A stretch of DNA of 64,000 nucleotides from Entomortierella parvispora E1425 (Eukaryota > Fungi > Mortierellomycota). The notes below the pieces were generated by a model that saw nothing but the letters and a program-made list of their open reading frames with translations, ran no database searches and was not told the origin of the DNA. Position 1 is the first letter of the stretch; each line of letters opens with the position of its first letter. The translations under genes and the position numbers were made by a program. The DNA lies in assembly GCA_020891255.1 (NCBI GenBank), contig BQFW01000002.1, forward strand, positions 930,001-994,000, written 5' to 3'. Shown piece by piece: positions 1 to 13,514 of the stretch.

Positions 1-137
1 CCCACGCGGTAATACTACCGTAAGCATGCCCCCCAAAAGCAACTGACAGTGCGACCGGAACACATGTGTGTAGCAGAGGGAGCATGTTGTGGTATTGGAC
101 TGTGTCCCGCGTTCTCCAACTGCCTTGTCTCTGGGAC

Positions 138-146
<9 letters not shown>

Positions 147-182
<36 letters not shown>
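147..182 (+). repeat. (GACA)9 microsatellite, preceded by a short (GA)n
   Basis: Nine perfect GACA units read directly; lies in the low-complexity upstream region of the PKA-R gene. Confidence 0.95.
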
Positions 183-1028
183 GGTGACGAATGAGAAGGG
201 AAAAACGCGTCTTTGTTTTGAATGCATCCATGGAGCGGATGCATCTCCCGCTGCCCTTTCACGCGGCAGGATGCTCTCCCTCTCTCTCTCTCTCTCTCTT
301 TCACTTGGTTCCCCTCTGTCAAGAGCTCTGCACTCCAGCAGAGGGAGGAGAGGGGGTGCGCAAACGGTTTTTTTTTTCTTTCTTTTTTTCTTTCTGTCTC
401 TCCAACATCCACCACAACTGGAACACGGCCTCTCTCCCGCTGTGAGTCCACCGGTTTTTTTTTTTTTTTTTTTTTTTCTTTCTCTTTCGCTCCCTTTCCC
501 TCTCTTTTTTTTTGCGATTTCGCATCCCCCCAACCTCCCTCTCTCTCTCTCCCTCCCCCTCGTCCCATCCCATCTCTTTTCATCTACCCATCCATCCTCC
601 TTTCCCTGCCACATCTCTCTTTGTTTATCTCCCTCCCACCGTCTGCCCATACCTCCAGTAAGTCTGTTGGAATGTCGAATGTTGGAAAAGGCCTGGATGG
701 ACAAGACTCCCCCGACCCCGACCCCGTCCACCCCGCCCCTTCAAAGGAATCAGAGCCTCTGTCTGCCCACACTGACCATGCACTTTTTTTTTCCCCTCCC
801 GCTCTCATCTGCACGATCATAATCCGGACTTGCTGGCTATCCTCTTTCTTTTTGGAAACCTTCGTGGCAAAAGCAAAGGACACTAGGAGGACGCATCATT
901 CCCGCTCGTTGTTTCTTTTCGACTCCAGACGCGACAATTGCACACGCAACCTCAATCGCCGCTGAACAACGCGCCATCGCCAGAACACGCCCATCACAAA
1001 AAATCGGACAGAGTTTGCAGGTTGACAA

Positions 1029-2847
1029 ATGTTTACCTCGTCGACTTCCTCGCAGTCGCCCATCCATCGGTCCATGCCTCAGGCATATGCAGAAATCCTG
1101 AATGATTTGAATCAAAAAGTTATTGCCGCCCAACCGCAGGATGTCCTTCAGTTTTGTGCAAACTACTTCAACCAGAAGCTCGAGGAGCAGCGTGTTCGAT
1201 TTCTAGCAGCAGGTAATCGTCAGTTGCCACAGTCGCTAGGGACCAGGGATGGTTGGCTTTTGAGTTGGGCTGGATTGGGTTGGACTGGGTTGAGTGGACG
1301 ATAGGAGACCTCCTTGACAGGGAGAAAGCGGTGGAGACGAGTGTGATTCACGCCAGTTGGTCCCACGCGAGAATGCGCGCAAAAGAGGGGTCGCAGATCA
1401 GTTTACAGCCCCTTTGGAAACACTTGCCATCATGAGCAGCTCCGCATAGACATATCTTTTGCATGCGACATCGGCTCCTCTACTCTATTGTCTGTTCTAA
1501 ACGTATGCTTCTCATTCTTACACGACTGCAATTCAATTGCAACAATAGCCCGGACTGCCCCACAAATTAGGGACATTCCTCAATTCTTGCCGGCTGCCTC
1601 AGCACCAGCCCTCGCGGTCTCGTCGCCAAGAATCAACAATGCGGCTACTCCTGCGACATCCAGCCCAGACCATTCTATGGAGAGCGATAGTGGGAGTGAT
1701 AGCGATGATTCTCAGGAGGATGGAGGCTCCTTGCCAGAGGCCCCACCTAACTTCATGTTGAGAAACCGTCGAACCTCCGTCAGTGCTGAGAGCATGGTAC
1801 CCAGTCATCAGAACTATGTCAAGACTGTTATCCCAAAGACGGACGAGCAACGCCGACGCATTGAAGTCTCTATTTCCAACAACTTTCTTTTCAAGAACTT
1901 GGACGAGGATCAACATGAGGACGTTGTGAACGCCATGACGGAAAAGCGGTTCAAGAGAGGAGACAACGTCATCGAGCAGGGAGCTGTCGGCGACTTTTTC
2001 TATGTGGTTGAGACTGGAACATTGGACGTTTTTGTGGCAAAGGGTGGAAATCCAGTAGAAAAAGTTTTTGAATATGGACCTGGAGGAAGCTTTGGAGAGC
2101 TCGCTCTCATGTACAATGGACCTCGTGCCGCAACAGTGACTGCAACCTCGGATGTCGTCCTCTGGGCCCTTGACCGTATTACTTTCCGTCGAATCCTCAT
2201 GGAGAACACTTCTAGAAAGCGACGCATGTACGAGGCCTTCTTAGAGACGGTTCCCTTGCTGGTTTCTCTGGAGCCATATGAACGCCACAAGATTGCGGAT
2301 GCATTGGAATCGGTCTATTTCGAGGACGGCAAGGCTGTTGTGAAGCAAGGAGACCAAGGCGATAATTTTTTCATCATTGAGTCTGGAGAAGCCACCGTTA
2401 CCAAGAGTAACGCGGAGGGTGTTGAGTTCCCAATGCCTGGACTTGGTCCTGGTCAATACTTTGGAGGTAACATACACTGGATATGTTGGTTGGAGTTCCT
2501 TATCGCCTCTATGGAGGAACACTTTCTAACGTCTGAATCATCTACCAAATCTAGAACTTGCATTGTTGAATGACATGCCACGAGCAGCGACTGTGAGGGC
2601 AAAGGGGCGGCTAAAGTGCGCGACTTTGGGCAAGAGAGCATTCGTGCGTCTCTTGGGACCTGTTGTGGAGATTATCAAGCGGAACAGTGATAACTACCAG
2701 ACTATTGAGCAGCAAATTCAACAGCAGGAACTGTTGCAGCAGCAGCAGCAGCAGCAGCAAGAACCACAAGTACAGGGCGAGGCACCCGTGCAATCTATCC
2801 CTGCAGCTGCCCCATTGCACTCTGAGGAGCAGCTCAACCATCATTAA
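1029..2847 (+). CDS. pkaR: cAMP-dependent protein kinase regulatory subunit (RII type), 3 exons (~1029-1212, 1549-2466, 2555-2847)
   Basis: N-terminal docking domain ([28 protein letters not shown]); inhibitor site RRTSV; two cNMP-binding cassettes ([16 protein letters not shown], and FG|[14 protein letters not shown] joined across GT-AG intron 2467-2554); poly-Q tail. The start could alternatively be the second ATG (MPQAY). Confidence 0.95.
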
Positions 2848-2960
2848 CGTCATTCGGGCCTTTTGAACCTCAGGGGTTTTACAGTTTTTTTTTTCTTTTC
2901 ACATCTCACTCTGCAAGTGTCGTCTTCTTTTGTTCTTGCAATAAACGCAGCAAGTTCTAT

Positions 2961-3711
2961 TTATTCACGTTGTCCCCCCTTCATTGTTAATTGCCTCATA
3001 TGTTGCCTTGCTTTACTTCTCCATGACAGGCGACTCGGACTTTGCAGCTCGTCGGGTGAACTTAATGATGTCTCTGAAGACGATTCAGACCCGTAGAGCC
3101 CAGGTGATTCACTTTTGGAATCAACCACGGTCTCTAGAAACAGCGGATAACCTGTGCTTTTCATCAGATCCATGACAGATCTCCTGGCTGGTTCAAGTAT
3201 GGAGGGTCTGTAATCGCCACTTGTCACCGCTTTAAGGATCTTGGAGCGCACTGTATCCGAGATGTTGACCTCATACGGACTATCAATGATGACAAACGTC
3301 TCGAGAATGACCAACATGTCACTTTGGAGATCGCTAAATTGCCGGATCTGGGCCTGGGTCAGGTACTGAAGAGAGTCTTGATGGAGATTAAAACTTGGAC
3401 TTGAGCTTTGGATGGATTCTAATAGGGAATAAGCACATTGCTATGATGAGGGACGTCAGTACCCATTATTCCTTTGTTGCCTCTTGAAAAAAGAGATCTT
3501 ACCCGGGAATGGTACACACCTTATAGTGTCGAGATGCTAGCCAAAATGCCAGATTCTCGTAGCAGAGATGGGACTGTAAGAACTCTCCAAACCGAAGAAC
3601 AGAGAATGGGCCAGAACCCTGACCCACGAGGATCTGGTAAAGGGAAGGATAATCAGAACTGGTTTCTGATCCACCCATACTATCGTCCGAGTCGGGATAC
3701 ATATACTGCAT
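2961..3711 (-). CDS. Small RGS-domain (regulator of G-protein signalling) protein, 2 exons (3711-3520, 3440-2961), ~223 aa
   Basis: RGS hallmarks FGEFLQSHLCYENLAFW and FVIIDSPYEVNISDTVRSKI...ARRSVMDLMKSTGYPLF. A phase-0 GT-AG intron (3519-3441, branch-like TACTGAC) joins the two ORF-track pieces in frame (HYK|QCAYSLLE). Confidence 0.85.
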
Positions 3712-5033
3712 ACTTCTAAAGTCGTTAAAGGAACTGCCAGGGGGGGAGGGGAGTGATGGTGAGATCTCAAGTGGAAGAACATCATGGCTTTTGTAGTGTT
3801 TCTTTTTTTTCTCTGAACCGTGTCGCTACTACCACCAAGGCGACAAAGAGACCACAAGGTTAGGGAGCCCAACAGTGTACCAGGGGTCGGATCAACTCGG
3901 CGCGGGGGTTGCGAGCAAGCACGCAACCAACCACCTAAACTATTCTGCCGTGCATGTCTTCAGAGCTCAACTGATAGGGGATCATTCCAACAAACACTGT
4001 GAGCCTTTTTTTTTCCTTCTCTCTCTTTCTCTTTTCTTCCTTTTGCACGCGTTTCTGACTGTCCAATTGAAGACAGAGATGTCGCGTCATGGAAGTCCAT
4101 CTTGATAAGGCAGTTCAGGAGCCTGGATCGGCGCTCACTTTCAGCGATCGGAGTCAAACACACCCTGGCTCAACAGAACAGGGCTTCCTTTGATACGCAC
4201 GGCATGGATGCCACGTGCTGGAAAAAAGACACAAAAGGCATTGCTGTAGCAAACCAAGGATGACTTCATCCAGCATGGCACAGCGGAATAGACCACGGAG
4301 AGGCCACAGATGATCATGGTTCGCTCGGAAAAGAACAGCCCCGTGTTCTGTATGTGCACGAACGTGTATAGTGCATGCATTCTTCTGCATCTCGGATGAC
4401 AAACGACCCTCCATAGAATGCCACTCAGCATGACAAGGAGATACTTGACTGAAGACAGGTACGGTCCTCATCCCTCGTCTCCTTCAGCTCCTGTGTTTGG
4501 ACCTCGATAGACTCTACGCTAATTGGAGTAGAATGGAATACTATGGAATAAACGCCATCGTACTTCCTTTAGAGCCATGGCCATCACTGTCATGTATGAG
4601 CTGCTACGTGGATTGAAGAAATCGAGAATCTAGGCGGGCGTTTGCCTCTTGTATACCATGCTCCTAACTGGTTGAACAGATAGTGGGTCTTCGCCACTAC
4701 AATAGCGATATCCTTCAAAATAATCTACTGGAGAGAGGGTTCAAACATAAATACTCCGGTAAGGGTGGCATTAGTTCTATGCATGTTGTGGCGGCGACCC
4801 CATGCATCAAAGTATCAAGGGGAGTGAAAAGCAAACTAAGGAGACGATAGGACCATAGCTTTTGCCCGCCTGTAAGGGATTCTTCAGGGGAATGCAAACT
4901 CCTGGATTTCTCTAGTTCCTTTCTCCACCACCCCTTGAACTATCGCGTGTATTGTTAGAAAATCGAATTGACTGGCTCGATCAGAGCAAGGCCCTTGTAA
5001 AAAAAAAGAGTCGAACGAGCAGAGCCTCATCGG

Positions 5034-5040
5034 TATAAAA
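5034..5040 (+). promoter_or_regulatory. TATA box (TATAAAA) upstream of the repeat-peptide precursor
   Basis: Exact TATAAAA ~155 bp before ATG 5196, followed by a CT-rich leader. Confidence 0.5.
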
Positions 5041-5195
5041 GACCCCCATATTCTGGTCTCTATCCAACAACTCATTCCTTTCTCTCCTTCTCGCCTTCCC
5101 TCTCAACCTCATCTTTCCCCCAATCACTTCCATTCCCTTCCCTTTTTAGCAACCTAGCTAAACACTTCCGCTCACATACTCTCGTATACAACAAC

Positions 5196-5984
5196 ATGAA
5201 GTGCATCTCTATTGTCGCCGCAGTCTTCCTCATTGCTGCTGCGTCTGTGCAGGCTGCCCCATACCCAGGCGGTATTCTCGACGTCAGCGATGTCAACACC
5301 GACATCAAGATCCCAGTGAATGTCAAGGCCAAAGATGTCAAAGTGCTTCGCCGACGTGACGCAGCCATCAATGTGCATGACATTAACACCAAGGCCAAGA
5401 TTCCGGTCAACGTCGACCTTAAAAATGTGAAGGTCCTTGGCAAGCGTGGAGGTGTCGCTGATGTGCACGACGTTAATACCGACATCAAGATCCCAGTAAA
5501 AGTCAAGGCCAAAGATGTCAAAGTGCTTCGCCGACATGACGCAGCCATCAATGTGCATGACATTAACACCAAGGCCAAGATTCCGGTCAACGTCGACCTT
5601 AAAAATGTGAAGGTCCTTGGCAAGCGTGGAGGTGTCGCTGATGTGCATGACGTTAATACCGACATCAAGGTCCCAGTGAATGTCAAGGCCAAAGATGTCA
5701 AAGTGCTTCGCCGAGGTGACGCAGCCATCAATGTGCACGACATTAACACCAAGGCCAAGATTCCGGTCAACGTCGACCTTAAAAATGTGAAGGTCCTTGG
5801 CAAGCGTGGAGGTGTCGCTGATGTGCATGACGTTAATACCGACATCAAGGTCCCAGTGAATGTCAAGGTCAAAGATGTCAAAGTGCTTCGCCGAGGTGAC
5901 GCAGCCATCAATGTGCACGACATTAACACCAAGGCCAAGATTCCGGTCAATGCTGATCTTCAAAAAATCAAGGTTCTCGGATAA
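5196..5984 (+). CDS. Secreted Kex2-processed repeat protein (KEP-like), 262 aa, intronless: signal peptide plus 4 x (peptide A - RR - peptide B - KR)
   Basis: Hydrophobic signal peptide MKCISIVAAVFLIAAASVQA; four 60-aa repeats, each with an RR and a KR dibasic site; the final KR is replaced by the stop codon. No homolog recognised. Confidence 0.85.
   Translation: MKCISIVAAVFLIAAASVQAAPYPGGILDVSDVNTDIKIPVNVKAKDVKVLRRRDAAINVHDINTKAKIPVNVDLKNVKVLGKRGGVADVHDVNTDIKIPVKVKAKDVKVLRRHDAAINVHDINTKAKIPVNVDLKNVKVLGKRGGVADVHDVNTDIKVPVNVKAKDVKVLRRGDAAINVHDINTKAKIPVNVDLKNVKVLGKRGGVADVHDVNTDIKVPVNVKVKDVKVLRRGDAAINVHDINTKAKIPVNADLQKIKVLG
5268..5981 (+). repeat. Coding tandem repeat, 4 x 180 bp, each unit a diverged dimer of ~90-bp subunits
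   Basis: Sequence lines 5281/5461/5641/5821, 5341/5521/5701/5881 and 5401/5581/5761/5941 align nearly base for base at 180-nt period. Confidence 0.97.
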
Positions 5985-6397
5985 TTCCTTGGTTGACAGA
6001 CACCTGCCTGATTTCATTCAGTCATATCTCACTCAGTTATTCTCCTTTTATTCATCTCCACTACTCCCGACCATTCGACAATCTATGCATTTACTGCCAC
6101 ATGTCCTATGCATCTGCCACAATAATAATAAATAGCTCCATAATTTTCTCATCAAACGCGTCGAGTCGCGCTGCATTGGCACGGACGAACGCTGATCACA
6201 CAGCACTTACGATTCGGATGTGTACCCGACATCACCGTAAATTTTTCGGGACATTGGCTCATTGGCGAGCTCCGAAGACGGCCCTCCTGTGTGCTGCAGG
6301 CAGACAGACACACACAACGACGATTTCGCGGTGTCTTCATCCGAACCCATCCTTCAATTCTCCTTCTCCCCCTTCCTCTCTCTCCACTCTGTAAATC

Positions 6398-7257
6398 ATG
6401 TCCGCTGCCGAGGATACCGTCTACCACGCAAAGGCCCCCGTCAAGGAGGGTCTCCAGGCCGGAGCCGTCGGCGCTGGCGTCGGTCTTCTTGTTTCTGCTG
6501 TCCAGAACTCTATCGGAACCCATTCACACGGTGCCACCGGTGTCTTTGCCAGAACCGGAGGCACCATCGGTGTTTTTGGTATGGAATCCGAGAATCATTC
6601 CTCTTCATAAATCTCTCTGTGCATCATGTCAAGGATAGGGAAAAGCATCGGACGCCTTGTTGGTGCTCTGATCAGCAAGCACTTGTACATCCCCGCTGGA
6701 CTTCACCATGGGAAATCTCTTTTACATTCCTTGGAGTCAACTTTGTCTGGACATGACCCTGGACGAGCTCTGGACTTTTTCACTCTCAGAAGCCAACTAT
6801 ACGCCCGATGCTACAATACGTCGTGTTTCTAACACTCTTGATCAATTGATAGCTGCCATGGCTGGTGTCTTTGCCGCCACTGACTCTGCTGTTGCCAACG
6901 TTCGTGAGACCAAGGATGCATGGAATTCTGTCGCTGCTGGATGTGCCACAGGAATCGTTGCTGGTGGTTTCCAGCGCAATGCTCAGACAATGGTTTTCGG
7001 ATGCGTCGGTATGGGAGCCTTGATGGGCGCCTTTGATCTTAGCGGAAGCTCGTTGAAGGTAAACGCGACTGGACCCGGGAAAAAATGAATTGGAGTCAGA
7101 TCAGGATCGTAAAGGATGAGGCACAAGGGCTTGGCTCATTCTCAGCGCACTGCTAACCCCTTGTCTTCCGTGTTTATGAACTCTCTAGGGTAAATACGCC
7201 GATATGACCGAGCAACAAAAGCAGGAGTGGAGACAGTCGCAAACCAATACCAAGTGA
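6398..7257 (+). CDS. NDUFA11: Tim17-family complex I accessory subunit (NDUFA11 / B14.7 / 21.3 kDa type), 3 exons
   Basis: Gly-rich TM helices (AGAVGAGVGLLVSAVQNS; RETKDAWNSVAAGCATG); spliced GVF|AAMAG and SSLK|GKYADM...TNTK* across GT-AG introns. Confidence 0.75.
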
Positions 7258-7817
7258 AGAAAAGAATAAGAATAGTCTGAGAAATTCAAGAGGACTGGAA
7301 GGAAGCGTTGAAGGAGAGCTCGATTATCACCATGGCCATTCATCATCAGCAACCGTTTTTCCAGGATATGCACACATAGAACCAATCATTAAAGCAAACG
7401 TAAAAAAAAAAACGGCTTACTGTACGATGATTGTCCATCACGTGCAGCGCACAGCCATGCTTGAGTTGGTATTTTGGGATGGTCAGACGTCCACTCGCAG
7501 AAGGTGTTTCCTTCTTCCTTGCTCCACCTCCACCCACCTTCTTTTTCTTCCCTCGACCAGCACTCTTGTCCTTTTTTTTTTTTTTTTGCCTTCGTCGCTG
7601 AACCTCAGTTCCCTCCATTACCCACATAAACAGTTGGACCATATAGACAGTTGCCTCTTCCCACCTTCGTGATTCTCAGGAACCAGGTACAGAATCAAAG
7701 GGTCACATGGACAGAGTCCATCCTCCATTCCTCTCCATTTTGTTACCCACGCTTATATCAATCTGACTTGTCTACTCCTATTCAGTTACATTTGAAGTTT
7801 TATTCGACATTGCGAAG

Positions 7818-11676
<3,859 letters not shown>

Positions 11677-12638
11677 TTCTTTTCATTTCATATTTTTGAT
11701 TATCTATTAAATGATCTCTTTCATTGTAAGAATATATCAAAGTAGGTTTTGTGTAGACTCCTTCTCTAATTAACATAAGACAACCGGTACGAACGTGGAA
11801 GAGAAGGTTCCATGTCCAAACCCGATTTTCCCCATCGTATCATCTCATCTCGTGCCACAAGCCCACACAGCGGCACTGATGGAGCACTGAGGCGCGGCGT
11901 TCTCGCTTTCCTTCCGAGCCTCGTCTTCTCTATCGCGTACTGCCTATTTTCATGGAATCTTCAACATACAAGAGATCACTCCAGCTTCGATGGAGCGCAA
12001 GCAGCTTCTAGAGTTCAGGTTGGTCGCCTGATCTCGATATGGCTAACGTGACAAACGAATATCCTCATCAAAAAAAAAAAAAAAAAAATGGGGATCGTGG
12101 TTAAGAAACCAATGCATTCTTCTGCATCATTGCGAACAACGCAGCTGAAAGCCCGTACTGAGCCTCCGGGAGGAGGCGCGCCAAAATCACCAGGGAGCTG
12201 ACTGCTGCACTCATTCACTGTGTGATGTCTTTTGGGGGGGTTGTATGTGAGTGAAGAGCGAATATCGGGAGAAAAAAAAAGAAAAAAAAAAAAAAGAATC
12301 TACCATTAACCATGCTGGCTTTCCTCCTCTGCCGCTCCACTCTTTCCTCAATTCCAGATCTACTGGCACCACAAACCGGGGCGTATAAAACCTACACGGA
12401 GTAGGACTATATCTTCCTCCCACAGTCTTTGGCTATGGTCAACTATGTGTCGCGCCTTGCGATCCTGATCGAGAATGGGCACATCAATATCGTGCACGGG
12501 AGACTTTTGACCATTGACCAAGTAAAATAAAAAAAAAACCTTCCTGTCGTTGCGTGGCAGACACGCCAGGGTGCAGGGGGAAAAATAAACCGCGTAGTCT
12601 CGCAAGGCAAAAAGTAAACGCTGAGCGCAAAAGATGAA

Positions 12639-12710
12639 TTCCCAGTCCGGGGATCGAACCCGGGCCTTGTCGGTGAGAGCGACAAATCCTGACCACTGGA
12701 CCAACTAGGA
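12639..12710 (-). tRNA. tRNA-Glu (anticodon CTC), intronless, 72 nt
   Basis: Minus strand TCCTAGTTGGTCCAGTGGTCAGGATTTGTCGCTCTCACCGACAAGGCCCGGGTTCGATCCCCGGACTGGGAA: acceptor stem, D arm, anticodon stem TGTCG/CGACA with loop CTCTCAC, T-loop GTTCGA; oligo-T Pol III terminator downstream. Confidence 0.97.
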
Positions 12711-12736
12711 ACTTGTTCGGATATCAGTCATGGATT

Positions 12737-12810
12737 TGACTCATCCCTGTATCCATTCTCAACAACTCACGTGACACTCAACCACCAACACGTGATATTA
12801 AATCACGTGA
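12737..12810. promoter_or_regulatory. Cluster of one TGACTCA (AP-1/Gcn4 type) and three CACGTG E-boxes
   Basis: TGACTCA at 12737-12743; CACGTG starting at 12768, 12789 and 12804, two of them as the extended palindrome TCACGTGA. Lies between the divergent tRNA-Glu and UBL3. Confidence 0.45.
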
Positions 12811-13514
12811 CCCATTAAAAAAAGTTCGAAAAAGTCGGTTGGTCCGTGTGTCGCTGAGGCGTCCGTGAAGGATCGCACGCGACAACGACCCAGCCAGAAG
12901 AGCAGAGGCAGTGATGGTGGTGGCATCGACAGAATGGTGTGCATGATACCGGGGGGCACAGCACAGGTGCAGTCCAGGGGTGATTTCACTTCTAGGGAAG
13001 GTGTGAAGGCGAGAGAGCGTGACCACCTAGAACCGACCTTTTTTTTTTTTTTTCTTTTTTTTTTTGCATGCAATGTCAGCTTTGCTGCTCTTTTCCTCTG
13101 CTTCTCTTTTCATCTCATCCCGTCCCAGTCCATTTCCCCTTTCCTTATTCCTCCATCCTCTCGATTCAACAAAGTCGCACCCCTGTTGTCATCTGTTCTG
13201 ATACCCTGTTGGTGCTGCGTTCAATCCATTCCTTCCCTCTCTCACACTCGCTCATTTCCCCTCTGCGCCCAAAAAGGACGGACTTTGTTCATTGTCTCAC
13301 ACACCTCCAAAGCGCCTTCAAGGGACCTCCATTGACCGGGCATCGAGGCACTCCTCCTTACTGTTCATCTCTTATCCATTCGGTTGCATCCAGCACGGTC
13401 AGAACCTTCTTCTCCACACGCCCTGTTTCAATAATAAACAGGATAAAAAAGTCAGGGCAGGCAGGACACGACAGCGATAAAAAAAGAAAGGAAGAAAAAA
13501 AAGTTATCTCAACA

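Noticed and set aside
15-965. Long ORFs on both strands (238, 257, 247 aa) at the window start
   Set aside because: They translate microsatellites and poly-T/CT tracts (poly-K, poly-F, RE/SL repeats); this is typical promoter/UTR low complexity.
1488-2573. 361-aa ORF taken as the complete PKA-R
   Set aside because: It begins inside intron 1 and reads into intron 2; the spliced model restores the D/D domain and the second cAMP pocket.
5072-6017. Two long antisense ORFs (292 and 281 aa) over the repeat gene
   Set aside because: A stop-free 180-bp unit stays open when tandemly repeated, and the sense codon bias (GAC/GTC/AAG/ATC) suppresses antisense stops. Only the sense frame has a signal peptide and ordered processing sites.
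3720-7800. RiPP biosynthetic cluster around the repeat precursor
   Set aside because: Neighbours are RGS, NDUFA11 and PKC; no DUF3328/UstY oxidase, tyrosinase, peptidase or transporter is visible.
12140-12390. RNase MRP/P-like motifs (GAAAGCCC ... CCGGGGCG)
   Set aside because: P4 pairing is imperfect and a long poly-A tract lies between the motifs.
12360-12704. ORFs overlapping the tRNA
   Set aside because: The tRNA cloverleaf explains the sequence; the ORFs have no protein-like features.
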